A stretch of 64,000 nucleotides of DNA from an uncultured bacterium (GCA_963783355.1 CAWANF010000009.1:2290-66289), one strand, 5' to 3'; positions 1 through 12,441 are shown, counted from the stretch's first letter. Translations and numbers: made by a program. The notes: generated by a model from the letters alone, not told the origin.

Positions 1-394
1 GCTGCTGGACCTCCGGGACGTCGGCGCTATACGCCAGGCGGGCGAGGACCTTCGCGCCGCGCCGGGTCCTTGTGCTTCATCGCCATCTCCTTGATCTTGC
101 CGATCGCCATGATCCGGCTGGCGACCGGATCGGACATCAGGCCCATGATCTTGTGGAGGTCGCCCACGGGGTTGGGCTTGCCCTGCATCTTCGCCTTCAT
201 CGAGCAATTGCCCCGTCCTTCGCCATCGAGCAGCGTCGCTGGCCTTCGTCATCGGAGCAGTCTTCCGCCCCTGTCCTTCATCATCGAACAGGCGGCGCCG
301 GCCTTGCAGGGCTTGCCTTGCCGTCGGCCCAGGTGGCGGCAAGGCACAGCAGCAACGTGGCGGAAAACGCCATCGAACAAGTCGCGAGCTTCAT
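1..394 (-). pseudogene. hypothetical secreted protein, frame-broken, runs off the window start
   Basis: Signal-peptide-like MKLATCSMAFSATLLLCLAATWADG starts at 394. A plausible continuation (MQGKPNPVGDLHKIMGLMSDPVASRIMAIGKIKEMAMKHKDP) lies in another minus frame. Confidence 0.25.
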
Positions 395-405
395 AATCCC
401 ACTCC

Positions 406-1973
406 CTACATTAAAGTTCTCCGAAGCAGGTCGCGCCCTGGCCGAACACTCGGCCGATGGGGCGGTTGCCTCCCGATTCCTATTCGACGGCACAACAACG
501 CCGTAAGGATCACCTGCTCCTGAAACACCGTGCGGGCAGGTTTGTTCCCTGGTTCAGCGGGCCGATGCAGCCGTACGCGTGGAACCCGAGAATCGGCAGC
601 GTCGGCGGCTTCGGGTCCGGCTGGACCGCGGGCGGCGAGTCCGGCTCGGGCTGGTCCTTCTTCTTCGGCTCGGGCGGGCGCATTGCCTCGCGCCGCACCG
701 GCGACCCAATCCTTCACGGCCGGCGAGACCGCGTTGGCCGCCTCGTCCCGGTTCGGCGCCGGCGCAGCCGGAAGCCCCTGTGCGCAGGTTGCTCGCTGAC
801 GAGCAGCAGCACCGGCCGATCCCTGCCGGTCTCCACGCGAGCGAGGACGTCCTCGGTCGCCGCGGCGGGCCGAGTCGAGGATCGCACCCGATCGGCCGGC
901 TGGGCGAAGCGCGAAGACCGTGCTGCCCTGCGGGATGGGGCTGAAGAACCGCAGCGACCCGGCGGGCAGTTCCGTGTCGCGTCCGTCCTTGTCGCGGCCC
1001 GATGCGTCGGTCCAGTTGACGATCATCCGCAGCCACTCCGGGCCCGACTCGCCCGCGACGCCAGCGCGTCGGTCCAGTCGCTGGTGAGCTTCTGGCCCGC
1101 CTTCCGGCCGATCCGCGAGCGGTAGACCTCCGCCGCCGGCTTGTCGTCCAGCGAGACGACCCAACGCCCGCGCGTCTCCGTCACGGTCAGCGGCTGCCCC
1201 ACGGCGGGAACTCGCTCGCCTGGGCGGTGTAGACGCGGAGCGGGCCGCCGATGCCCATCCCGACGACGTGGTGGTCGTAGACCTGCCCGGCGAAGAACTG
1301 TGCGCTGCCGAGGCGCAGCCTTCTGCGGGCCTTCGAGCATTGCCGGCGGCGTCATCATGCCGTTACCGCCCCACAGGACCGCCTTGCCGGGGACGGCGTC
1401 GGCCAGCCCCGTCAGGAACGCCTCGACGTCCACGCCGGGGGCGTTGTCGAAACTCAGCCGCGGCTCGCCCAACAGCAGCGCGACCTTCAGCCCGCCGGCC
1501 TTGCGGAGCTCCCGCCCGAGCTGCTTGCCGCACTCCTCGCGGTCGGCCTGGACTGAACGGCGGCTGCGGCACAATGGACCCGCTCGCCCCCGATCGCCAG
1601 CACCGCGACGCCGTTGGTCAGCACCGCGCCGTCGCCGTCATCGCCCGCGCCGCTGATAGCCGACGTTCGGCGTCTGGCCGGCGAGGTCGGCGATGGTCTG
1701 GGCGGCCTGGCCGTCCTTCTGCGTGTCGGGCCAGAAGGGCTCGTCGGGTTTGGCGTCGGCCCGCGCGAAGTAGGCGTAGAAGACCACGCCCTTCAGCGGC
1801 GCGTCCCCCAACTGGGCGACCGCCTGCTGGTAGGCCTCCCGCGCGGCGACGGCCGGGTCCGCGTCGGTGGCGCACCCGGTCGCGAAGGCTGGGGGCGAAC
1901 CCCCGCAGCCGGCTGCCACAGCCGCAAGACATACCGCACCGAAGGCGACTGCCAGCCACTTCATACCCGCCAC
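406..1973 (-). pseudogene. FIST-domain lipoprotein, multiple frame changes
   Basis: Lipobox MKWLAVAFGAVCLAAVAAGC at 1973. FIST_N-like PLKGVVFYAYF and FIST_C-like ILGFHAYGCIGP...FQEQVILTALL pieces are spread over three minus frames (ORFs 1638-1973, 1023-1574, 406-1164, 510-698). Confidence 0.45.
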
Positions 1974-2182
1974 TCCTTCCGCTCAACCACGCAACCGCCG
2001 GGACGCAGCTCCAGCCGCGCCGCCCGACCCGTCCGGATCATACACACTCCAGCCGGTGTTTACTACGCAGCCACCAGCGACACCCAGCCGTGACCAACGC
2101 GCCGCCGCTTTTCCCTTCCCCCGCGCCCGGCCAAAGGCGAGAATCTCCCCCAGCCTTTTAACAAGCGACACGAGGAGAGACC

Positions 2183-3355
2183 ATGAGCGAGCTTCGCATT
2201 GGCGTGATCGGAGTCGGCGGACGTGGCTGGCTGGCCAAGCACGCCCACCGCCCGGACGAGGGCGTCCGCATCACCGCCGGGGCCGACCCCAACCCCGACG
2301 CCATCGCCGCCTTCAAGAACGACCACGGCTGCGACGCCTTCACCACCGACGACTACCGCCGACTCCTGGATCGCTCCGACGTCGACGCCGTGTTCGTCAC
2401 CTCGCCGGACTTCCTCCACACCGAGCACGCGCTGGCCGCCATCGAGGCCGGCAAGGCGGTCTATCTCGAAAAGCCCATGGCGATCACGGTCGAGGGGTGC
2501 GACCGGATCCTCCGGGCCGCGCGCGAGCGGAAGGTAAGCTCTTCGTCGGCCACAACATGCGATACATGCTCCGATCCGGAAGATGAGGGAGCTCGTCGAC
2601 GAGGGGGCGATCGGCGAGGTCCGCGGCGGCGTGGTGCCGGCACTTCATCGCCTACGGCGGCGACGCCTACTTCCGCGACTGGCACTCGGAGCGGAAGTAC
2701 ATCAACGGGCTGTTCCTCCAGAAGGGCGCCCACGACATCGACGTGATCCACTGGATCGCCGGCGCGTGCTCGCGGCGGGTCGACGGCGTTCGGCAACCTG
2801 AGCGTCTACAACCGCTGCGAGCAGCGGCGCTCGCCCGACGTGCGAGGCCGCTGCGACTGCCAGGCCGAACATTGGCCCCCGCTGGAGCAGACCGGGTTCA
2901 GCCCCGTCATGGACATCGAGGACACGAGCATGATGCTCATGGAGATGGACCGCGGCGTGCTCGGGGCGTACCTGCAATGCCACTTCACGCCCGACTCCTG
3001 CCGCAACTACACGTTCATCGGCACGGAGGGGCGGATGGAGAACATCGGCGACGGGCCGGACGCGATCATCCGCGTCTGGAACCAGCGGCACAAGAGTTGG
3101 GGCAGCTTCCAGGAGAAGGGCGACCTGGAGCTCCAGCTCACCCCCGAGGCCGAGGGCTCCCACGGCGGGGCCGACCCGAAGATCGTCGCCGAGTTCATCC
3201 GCTACGTCCGCGAGGGCGGGCCGACCACCGCCACGCCCGCAGCCGCCCGCAACTCGGTGGCGGCCGGGTGCATGGCCACCCAGTCGCTCCGCGAAGGTGG
3301 AGTGCCTCACGATGTCCCGCCGCTCGAACCGGAACTGGAAGAGTATTTCTCGTAA
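2183..3355 (+). pseudogene. Gfo/Idh/MocA family oxidoreductase, at least 3 frame changes
   Basis: Rossmann start MSELRIGVIGVGGRGW and the EKPMA motif. The protein continues through the tail of ORF 1867-2586 (KLFVGHNMRYM), then 2583-2801, then 2840-3355. The break near 2536 looks like a shortened A-run (gtaagctc). Confidence 0.75.
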
Positions 3356-3498
3356 GCGCCGAACCCCTCCCCCTTGAGGCGCATGTCCCCCTCTCCCTTG
3401 AGGGAGAGGGTGGCCCGAAGGGCCGGGTGAGGGTGACGCGTCGGCGGAAGACACCCTCACCCCTGCCCCTCCCCCTCGAGGGGGAGGGGTAGAGCAGC
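3356..3498. repeat. GC-rich palindromic repeat cluster between convergent genes
   Basis: Three hairpins: ccctctccct-tga-gggagaggg, gggtgagggtg...caccctcaccc, and ccctcccc-ctcga-gggggaggg. A degenerate copy (ccctctccctcaagggaaaggg) lies at about 5737-5760. Confidence 0.7.
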
Positions 3499-4616
3499 TC
3501 AGCCCTTCTTGCCGTAGGTCTCGGCCGCGTAGGCCATCTCGTCGGCGATCTTGAGCTTCTGGGTGCACTTCGCCTCGCAGGCCCCGCAGCGGACGCAGGC
3601 GTCGGCCTTGACCCGCCCGGCCCACTGATACGTCCGCTTCGCCCCGTCCTTGAGGCCCAGGAAGCGGTCTTCGTAGACGGCGCTGAGGATCGAGGGGATG
3701 TTGATCCCCTGCGGGCAGGGCATGCAGTAGTTGCACTGCGTGCAGAACTTGACGTTCTCGCGCGAGCGGGCGGCGAAGAACTCCTCGATCGTCGCCAGCT
3801 GGGCGGCGTCGAACGCCCCGCGCTCGGCTGCGGCGACCGTGTCGTCCACGTCGGAGGGCTTGGACATGCCGCAGAGCATCGTGTCCACGTCCGGGTTGCT
3901 CCGCACGAAGCGGATCGACAACTCGGCCACCGACTTCGCCCCGACCTTCTCCGCCAGCTCCTTGAGCACGGGCGAGTCGGCTGCCAGCTTGCCGCCGCCT
4001 ACCGGGTTCATCACCACCGTCCCGATGCCGAGCTCGTGGGCCTTGGCGAGGACGGGCGGCGTACTGCCGGCTGAGGAGGTTGTAGCTGACGAGGATCAGC
4101 TCCGCCCAGTCCACCTGGGGCAGGCGGCTCGAGCAGGCTCTCCGGCGAGTCGTGCGTCGTGAACCCCGCGTGGCCGACCAGCCCGCGGTCGATCGCCTTG
4201 CGGATGCCGTCCACCATCCCGCCCGGGCGGGTGGCGGTCTCCCAGCCCTCGGGGTTGTGGATGTTCCAGACCTGGTAGACGTCGAGGTACTCCACGTCCA
4301 GCCGGAGTAACTGCTCCTCGATGCGGCGGACGACCGAGTCGGCCGAGCCGTCGTCGTCCTCGCGGACCTTCTTGATCCACGGCGAGCACTTGCTCGAGAG
4401 GACGACCTTCTCGCGATACCCGTCTCGCAGCGCCCGGCCGAGCAGGAACTCGCTCTCGCCATACCCGCGGGACGTGTCGATGTAGACCATGCCCGCGTCG
4501 ATCGCCCGGCGGATCAGGGCGACGGCGTCCGTCGCGTCGCCGGGGAGGCGCATCGCGCCGATGCTCACGGGGTTGACCTGGAAACCGCTACGTGTACCGA
4601 AAGGCCGAAGGTTCAT
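3499..4616 (-). pseudogene. aldo/keto reductase with C-terminal 4Fe-4S-type Cys clusters, frame change near 4010-4140
   Basis: AKR N-terminus MNLRPFGTRSGFQVNPVSIGAMRLP...DTSRGYGESE (ORF 4011-4781). The C-terminus carries CTQCNYCMPCPQG and CVRCGACEAKC (ORF 3499-4017). Confidence 0.7.
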
Positions 4617-5084
4617 CGTTCGCTCACTGGCTGGGGGAGGGGGTCGGGGAACGGCTCGCAAGACCTCTTCTATATACCACAGCCGGTCCCGAAATGCCAG
4701 CCTGCCCAGGCGACGGCCCCCAGGCTCAGAGAACGAAATGCACAACGGCCGCGACCGCGGAGACGAACACACCCAGGGCAACGGGCAGGAAGACGCAGCA
4801 ACCCATCCCTTTCGTCACCATCCGCCCGACCTTTCGTTGGCGGCCCGAACGCGTAAGGGGGATTCCGGTCTTCCGCGAGATGCGTGCCTTCGCCGAGGAA
4901 ATCCCCAAGGCCCTTTTCCACGAGAACGAGAAACCGAACTTTCGTCCCACGATCGCGATCCTCCATCCAGGTCCGTAGCGAGCCTACCGCCGTCGGTCAG
5001 CCCTGGCCAGGCAATTCCCCGATCAGACGTCCTGTCCGGGCAGGCCTACAATTCGGTAGGCACCTTGTGACAGGAGGCCTGATC

Positions 5085-5453
5085 ATGAGACACGCAATAG
5101 TGGTTGGGGCGGCCGCGCTGTTGCTCGGGTTGGGCGGCTGCAGCCCGCGGGGGAACATGAGCTACCAGAACAACTCGGGGTACAGCAACTCCTCCAGCTA
5201 CAACAACGCACCGCGGCGACATCCACAACATCGAGGTGAAGCTCGAGACCTGGATGGCGCCAAGGAAGCGGACCTGGTCCGCTCCTGGGGACAGCCGGAC
5301 GACCAGTGGCGGGACAACAAGAGCGGCGAGTGGATCATGGCCTACTACAACGTCGCCGGAACCAGCCCGCACGGGGAAGGCCCGTTCGACTGCTACTTCT
5401 ACTCCAACTCCCAGGGCGTCCTCGATAAGTGGAGCTACGAGTTGAGCCGCTGA
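5085..5453 (+). CDS. small lipoprotein, hypothetical
   Basis: MRHAIVVGAAALLLGLGGCSP lipobox inside ORF 4884-5453. An internal frame change is possible near 5215-5240. Confidence 0.5.
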   Translation: MRHAIVVGAAALLLGLGGCSPRGNMSYQNNSGYSNSSSYNNAPRRHPQHRGEARDLDGAKEADLVRSWGQPDDQWRDNKSGEWIMAYYNVAGTSPHGEGPFDCYFYSNSQGVLDKWSYELSR

Positions 5454-5475
5454 GGACGCGGCTGCGCAAAAGAAG

Positions 5476-5507
5476 CGGCGGCGAGGCCCTGAGAGGCCTC
5501 GCCGCCG
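5476..5507 (+). terminator. 13-bp perfect GC hairpin after the lipoprotein gene
   Basis: cggcggcgaggcc-ctgaga-ggcctcgccgccg. Confidence 0.5.
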
Positions 5508-5851
5508 GTGGGCATGCATTTCGCCGGCGACCATGTAGCACAGCCGCCCTCGGCTGTGCGTCCCAGCGGCAGTGCCGCTGGGCGTTGGGCGTCGCGGGCA
5601 ACTGCAGGAATGGCGGCGGCAGTCGCCCGCCATGGCACCCGACTGCCGATAGGCCCGAAGGGGCGGCAGAAGCACACATCACGAAGAGATTGCGCCGAAG
5701 TCGCCTGCGCGTCACCCTCGCCCGGTCCCGATGAATCCAGACCACCCTCTCCCTCAAGGGAAAGGGATTGGGCTCGCGCGACATCCAGCACGACTGCAAA
5801 CGGCGCAGTCGTGCGCCGAAGACCGCGTCCAAGACCGAACCGTGGTTCGCG

Positions 5852-7606
5852 CTACTCCGTGACGGGCACGGGGCCGGCGAGGGTCTCGAAGTCGCCGATG
5901 ACGGTCCGGTCGCCGGAGAGGATCATTTCCTTGTTCATCCGCAGCTCGGGCAGCTTGTCGGCCAGCCAGTGGCGGGCGACGGCGAGCTTCTTGCTGTTCG
6001 ACGGCGGCGTCGCAGAACAGCGCCCCGACGACCAGCGTGATGGCCATGTCCACCAGCTTGCGGGCGTAGAGGTCCTTGTAGTCGCCGCCCTGGGCCTTGA
6101 CGAACGCGACGGCCTCGGCCAGGTCGGCCAGGGCTGCGCGAATCTGCTCGACCAGCGGTGCGATCTCTTCGGGCCAGGTCTCGCGGGCGTCGAGGAGGTC
6201 CTTGACGACGGTCTCGGCCGTGCCGGACGAGACGCCCTGCGACGGCGGCGACCACCTGGAGCTGGCTGGTGCCTTCGTAGATGGTCGTGATCCGGCTGTC
6301 GCGGAGGTGCCGCTCGGACGCGTAGTCCTTCATGTACCCGCTGCCGCCGAGCACGGCGATGGCGTCGTTGGCGACCCGCATCGACATCTCGGACGCGTAG
6401 TACTTGCTCATCGGCGTCAGCAGGCCGTTGACGCCGCTTGTACGTGCGGGAGAGCTTCTTGAGGGTCTTCTTCTCCTCGGGCTCGGGCGTCGCCGAACTC
6501 CAGCTTCTTCAGGGCGCCGATCTCGATGTCCACGCAGTAGCTGCGCCCAGTACGTCAGGGCGCGGGCGGCCTGGATGTCCACGCTCATCTTGACCAGCAG
6601 TTCGCGGACGGCGGGGAAGTTCTCGATGGCCATGCCGAACTGCTTGCGGCTGTGGCGCGTAGTCGCGGGCGACGCGGTAGGCCGCCTCGCCGATGCCCAG
6701 CGACTGGGCGGCGATGCCGATGCGGGCGCCGTTCATCAGGCTCATGACGTAGGTGATCAGCCCGCGCTGCCGCTCGCCGATGAGCTTGGCCGGGGCGTGG
6801 TCGAAGAACAGCTCGCACGTCGGGCTGCCGTGGATGCCGAGCTTGTTCTCCAGCCGGCGGACCTTGACCTTCGGCCCGCGCTCGACGACGCAGCAGGCTC
6901 AGGCCGCGGCCGTCGGTGATTTCCGGCTCGGTGCGGGCGAGCACCAGCAGCACCTCGCCGCAGCCGTTGGTGATGAACCGCTTGACGCCGTGGACGAACC
7001 AGTTGCCGTCGTCGTCCTGGTAGGCGCGGCACTTGACGGCCTGGAGGTCGCTGCCGGCGTCGGGCTCGGTGAGCACCATCGCGCCGGTCCACTTGCCGTC
7101 GGCCATGTCGGGCAGGTACTCCTGCTTGATCTCTTCGCTGGCGAAGGCGTTGATGGTCTCGGCGATGCCCTGGAGCCCGTAGATGTTCATCAGCGGCGGC
7201 GTCGGCCCGGCTGACGATCTCGTTGGCCATCGTGTAGACGCAGGTTCGGGCAGTTCAGCCCGCCGAAGCGGTACGGCAGGGTGAAGCCCATCATGTCGGC
7301 CTGGCCGAGCCGCTTGAGCGCCTCGGCGATGCCCGGGGCGTAGGTGACCGTGCCGTCTTCGTTCAGCGTGTTGCCGACCTGGTCGGTGCTCCTCGGCCGT
7401 CGGGGCGATGATATCGCCGGCGAGCTCGCCGATGACGTTCGAGGATCCGCTCGTAGTTGTCCACGGCGTCGTCGGCGTCGTCCGGGGCGAAGTCGAACTC
7501 GTCGTCGAACCGGAAGCCCTCTTCCATGATGCGCGGCCAGTCGCGCCAGGTCCAGGTGCTGGAACAGGAACTGGATGTCTTCGTTGTCGGTGTAGAAATT
7601 CGCCAT
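5852..7606 (-). pseudogene. long acyl-CoA dehydrogenase (about 585 aa), at least 4 frame changes
   Basis: [18 protein letters not shown] (7190-7606). LTEPDAGSDLQAVKCRA...FITNG (6585-7190). YASEMSMRVANDAIAVLGGSGYMKDYASERHLRDSRITTIYEGTSQLQ (5935-6633). The tail LPELRMNKEMILSGDRTVIGDFETLAGPVPVTE ends at TAG 5852. Confidence 0.75.
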
Positions 7607-7619
7607 GTGTATCCTGCTC

Positions 7620-8723
7620 TCATGAGTCGTGTCTTGTCATGCCGTTGGTCTTGCGCTGGCCGACGGCGATCTCGCCGATCGCTCTGCCGCCTTTTCGGAT
7701 CGCCTTGATCATCCTGGGGACCACGTCGTTCAGGTCGCCGACGATCCCGTAGTGGGCGACCGAGAAGATCGGGGCGTCGGGGTCGGTGTTGATCGCGACG
7801 ATCTTGGCCGACTCTGCCATGCCGGCGCGGTGCTGGACGGCCCCGCTGATGCCGCACGGCGATGTACAGGGCCGGGCGGACCGTCGTGCCGGTCTGGCCG
7901 ACCTGGTGGTCGTGGTCGATGAAGCCCAGGTCCACCGCCGCGCGGCTGGCCGCCGACGGCCGCGCCGAGGCAGTTGGCCAGGTCCCAGATCAGCTTGAAG
8001 TTCTCCTTGCTGCCGACGCCCGCGCCGCCGGCGACGATGATCCGGGCGGCCTTGAGGTTGACCTTCTTCTCGCGGCGGTGCGTCTCGAGGATCTCCAGCG
8101 GCAGCATCAACGCCGTCGAGCTCGGCGGCCGCGGTCGACGACCTCGCCCGTGCGGGCCGGCGTCCGGCTCGGGCATGGGCATCACGCCCTCGCGGACGGT
8201 CGCCATCTGCGGCCAGCGGTCGTAGTTGACGATCGTGGCGATGATGTTGCCGCCGAAGGCCGGGCGAATCTGGAGCAGCAGGTTCTTGTGGACCTCGCTT
8301 CGTCCTGGCGGTCGTGTGGTCGCCGATCTGCAGGTCGGTGCAGTCGGCGGTCAGGCCGCACTTGGCGGCGCTGGCGACCGTGGGGCGCCAGGTCGCGCCC
8401 GATGGCCGTGGCGCCGTAGAGCACGACCTGCGGCTTGTGCTTCTCGATCAGGTCGCAGATGACCTTGCGCGTAGCCGGTGGTCTGGTAGTGGCTCGAGCT
8501 GTGGCGTCCTCGACGAGGTAGACCTTGTCGGCCCCGTGAGCGATGAGCTCGCTCGGCCAGGGCCGGCACGTTGTCGCCCAGCAGCACGGCCGCCAGCGGG
8601 ACCTCCAGCGTCGTCGGCCAGTTCGCGGCCCTTGCTCAGCAGCTCCAGCGGCACGTCCGAAAGCCTGCCGTCTTCCTGCTCCGCGAACACCCAGACTTCG
8701 CCTTGTCGATTCACTTCGATCAT
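7620..8723 (-). pseudogene. etfA: electron transfer flavoprotein alpha subunit, frame changes
   Basis: MIEVNRQGEVWVFAEQEDGRL (8448-8723). [27 protein letters not shown] sits in another frame. [26 protein letters not shown] (7620-7820). Confidence 0.7.
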
Positions 8724-8774
8724 CGTTCGTATCCTGATCGTAATCGTTGGCTCGTCGAGTCCGTACGAGTCGGC

Positions 8775-9700
8775 TTAGCCGATGGTGTGGTCGTCGATCA
8801 GCTCGCCGACCAGCTCGGCGATGCCGTCGTCGGTGGGCGCGAACTCGCGGTACTCCCCGCCGGCCAGCACGACCGACTGGATGCGGTGGACCTTCGTCGG
8901 GCTGCCGTCGTGCCCGCACCAGGCCAGGTCGGCCTCGATGTCGTCGAGGTTCCACTGCTCGATGAGCATGCCCTTGCGCGGCCAGCGCGGCCTGGCGGCG
9001 CTTCGTTCGGCCTCGGCCTCGACGGCGTCGTGGCATTGGCGCCGTCGGCAGTCGGCGACCTCGCCTGCCGATCTCCAGCGCGCGAGCGGGCCTTCTTGTA
9101 CTTCATGATCCGCTTGGCGGCCGGCGGGCGCGGCGTGTTGGCGGTGTCCATCACCGTCAGCAGGCACGGGCAGCGTCGCACGTCGACGACCTCCCAGCCG
9201 TTGCCGACGTTGCGCCGGAGCGCGGATGCGCCTCGGCTCGACGTCGATCAGCTCCTCGACGTAGGTCACCAGCGGCAAGCCGAGCTTCTCGGCCAGCTGC
9301 GGGCCGACCTGGGCGGTGTCGCCGTCGATGGCCTGCCGGCCGCAGAGGACCAGGTCCGCGCCGAGCTTCCGCACGGCGCAGGCGAGGATGTAGCTGGTGG
9401 CCAGCGTGTCGCTGGCGGCCGCCCGGCGGTCGGTGACCAGCACGCCGCGGTCGGCCCCGCGGAACATCGACTGCTCGCGGAGCATCTCGCAGGCGGCCGG
9501 CGGGCCCATGGTGACGACGGTCACCGTCCCGCCGACGCGGTCGCGGATCTCCAGGGCCGCCTCCAGGGCGTTGAGGTCCTCGGGGTTGAAGATCGCCGGC
9601 AGGGCGGCGCGGTTGACCGTGCCGTCATCCTTCATCGCCTCGCCGGTGATCCGCTTGGTGTCCGGCACCTGCTTGACGCATACGACTATTCTCAGACCCA
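8775..9700 (-). pseudogene. etfB: electron transfer flavoprotein beta subunit, two compensating frame changes
   Basis: GTG 9700 preceded by GGAGAAG. VGLRIVVCVKQVPDTKRITGEAMKDDGTVNR at the N-terminus. The middle part (LLTVMDTANTPRPPAAKRIMKYKKA) lies in the frame of ORF 8798-9181. The C-terminus WNLDDIEADLAWCG returns to the first frame. Confidence 0.75.
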
Positions 9701-10052
9701 CGGTCTTCTCCTCGACGTCCGTCGGCGGCTTCGGGCCGCTCCGAAACAACAAAGGCCCACTATCGGAAATAGCGGACCTATGACAAGTCCGGGGATGAAT
9801 ACGACCCGGGCCCGGCTGCGTCAAGGCGATTTCGGGGCGTGGCGACCGGACCCCGGGAACACGCCACAAATGCACGGAAGGGATCGTCGGTTGCAGATTT
9901 CCGGATGTCGATTGAGTGGGCGCCACGGCCGCAGTGCAACCGGGGTTCAGACGCGGGAAGCCATGGCACCCAGGAGGCACATCTTCTTCTCGCTTCTTGC
10001 TTCCTTTGTGGCCTCTGTGGTTCGCCTTCTTCCAAGATCGACAATCCCGCGC

Positions 10053-10890
10053 CTACGAGAACGTCTTCCACGCCCCGACGAGGACCAGGGCAACGAAGAC
10101 GATCCGGAGCGTCCGCAGGGGCATGCGGTGGGTCAGGTGCCCGCCGAGGTAGCTGCCGATCATGGCCGTCGGCGCGAACAGGCTGCCAGGCGCAGACTCT
10201 CCAGCACCGAGCCCTGGGCCCCGAGCGTGGCGTTCTTGTAGATCGCCCCGACCCAGGAGATCGTGAAGATCGTCGCGGCTGAAGTCGCGATCGAGTTCCG
10301 CAGCGGCATGCGGAGCAGGACCTGCTGCAGCGGGACCGCCTGCAGCCCGCCGCCCACGCCGAGCAGCCCGGCAAAGACGCCCGTGGACGCCCCGACGGTC
10401 GCCTTCTTCCACCCCGCGACGTGCTCCGCCTGTTCCAGCGTGATGCCCTCGCGCTTCGGCGGGCGGAGCAGGCGGTAGAGGTTGAACCCCGCTACATAAA
10501 GTAGGAAGACCCCGAACAGCCACTGCAGCCACTCCGCCTTGAGGACGAATCGCCCGGCTGTCTCCGTGTGGGTGTCTCCCGCCTCGAACAGGTGGCTGGC
10601 CGCGACCCCCACCAGAATCCCCACGATGCCGAACGCGGCGAGGTACTTCCACACGCACGGGTAGATCGCCCTCGCCCGCAGGTGCTTCAGCGCCACGGAC
10701 CGGCCAGCAGGAAGTTCACGATCATGGCGGCGGCCTGGTACTGGTGGATCATCCGCGTACCGTGGGCGTTGACATCGCCCAGGACCCAGAACATCGCCGG
10801 GATCATGATGACCGACCCGCCCACGCCCAGCATGCCCCCCAACACGCCCGCCAGCAGGCCCACCGCCGAGAGTATCGCTACTTCGCCCAT
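10053..10890 (-). pseudogene. TauE/SafE family sulfite exporter, 2 frame changes
   Basis: MGEVAILSAVGLLAGVLGGMLGVGGSVIMIP (start 10890). A second GLLGVGGG half lies in ORF 10160-10696. The C-terminus LRIVFVALVLVGAWKTFS lies in ORF 10053-10658. Confidence 0.7.
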
Positions 10891-10957
10891 AAGGCCTCGC
10901 ACTAGAAGCGATCGGGCAGGGAAATGCAAGCGTCCTGTGGGCTCCACCATGCCCAGA

Positions 10958-12329
10958 TTGGGTGCATCCCGTTTGAGTAGGTAGCTTTCATGCGGCGAGG
11001 GGTTTGGTTTTCCAGAGGTCGGTCCATTCGTCATTGAGCCAGGCGGCTCGCAGGGCCAGGACCGCATCGGCCCCCGGAATGCTCCAGCGCATGCCCGGGC
11101 CCTTGAGGCGGCCGCCTACGAGGCGTTTGCAGGTTGATTCGATGGGGCCGGAGCCGATATGCAGGCCGTCGGCGCGGTAGTCCGGGTAGTCCATTCGGGC
11201 CACATTCGGCGTCACATAGCCGATCAGGTCGTCCAACGCCGCCGGGGGATCATCGTAGGTCTTGCGGCTGCGCCACAAGGCCCTCAGCAGACGACGGCCG
11301 CCTTGTTCGCAGAGGATGTCGAGCATCCGTTGAGCCCAGCGTCGGGCCTTGACGTTGCCCTCGCCGTGCAGGTCGTTCGCGCAGGCCCAGACGTGCTCGC
11401 TGGCGTGGTACCAGTCGAGGATCTGCCGGGCCCGCGAGAACCGAAGCTCCGCCTGATTCCAGATCCACGCCGCCCCGTCGCCGATGACCACGACCTCCTT
11501 GGCCTCCCGCAGCCCGTTCTGGCAGGCCAGGTGCCACAGGCGACGGCCCACCGATTCGCAGGTCTCGATCCGCCCCGTGTACCGGGCTTGATGGCCCTCG
11601 ACCGGGTCGTCCCAGTAGACCGCGCCGCACTTGACCTCTCGCCAGCCGTCCCGGGTCAACGCCGTTGCGCCGTCGGTGCTGATGTATACCCGCTCCGGCT
11701 GCACGCGGCTGGGCGGCGGCTGGCGTTGCTTCAGGGCCTCGTCGATGGCCTGATCCTGGCGACGAAGGACCTCCCCGCCAGCCCGAAGAACCGCCTGCTG
11801 AAGCTGGTTGTCGTCTACGCGAATCCCCAACAACTCCCCCAGCACCCGGCTGGCTTCGGCGAAGCTGCCCTGGGCCGCCAACAGACAACCGGCCGCCGCG
11901 AGGGAATTGGACAACTGCCCCGGACCCAACCCGCTGGCCTGATCGTAGGGCAACTGCCCGGCCCCGCAGGCCGAACAGTGATAGTACGCCCGGCGGATCG
12001 TCACCGCTCCCACGCGGGTCAGGACGGCCTTGCGGCGATAGCTGACGAACCGGGCCTTGGCCCCGCACGCACAGCCGATGCGCGATCCCCTGTAGCCCCT
12101 TTTTTGTCGTCCAACTTACGTTGCACGACGCCCTGTGCCAGGTCCCGCATCAGCGAGACGGCTCGCCGCTCCAGATCATCCAGATTGTCGATCCCGTCCA
12201 ACTCGCCCGCCAACAGCTCGATCACCTGCTCCCGTACGTCCGCTTCCATGCCGATCTCCCAGGTTGATAGACTCCATTCCATCAACTCCATCGGCAACCT
12301 GGACAGAATCTACCTACTCAAGTCGGACG
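10958..12329 (-). mobile_element. ISKra4-like insertion sequence (about 1.37 kb)
   Basis: The transposase gene is flanked by the inverted 12-mer TTGAGTAGGTAG (about 10965-10976) and CTACCTACTCAA (12311-12322), with partly matching extensions. Confidence 0.55.
10988..12297 (-). pseudogene. ISKra4-family transposase, one frame change near 12020-12070
   Basis: TIRRAYYHCSACG, VVIGDGAAWIW and ILDWYHASEHVW motifs (ORF 10988-12013). The N-terminal part MELMEWSLSTWEIGMEADVREQVIELL lies in ORF 12019-12297. Confidence 0.7.
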
Positions 12330-12441
12330 ACCGGACCGATTCTCTCCACGAATTTGCTTCATGTTCGCTCGCGGAAGCGGCCGATAACCAACAGCAAGAG
12401 CATGTGGCGAATGGAGTTCGTCCGCCTTTAGGGAGCGAGTT

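Noticed and set aside
2702-4462. 586-aa minus-strand ORF. Similar long ORFs occur at 8571-10241 (+) and 11159-12643 (+).
   Set aside because: These are Arg/Ala/Gly/Pro-rich shadow ORFs, typical of 70% GC DNA. They run antisense or out of frame to genes with clear family motifs.
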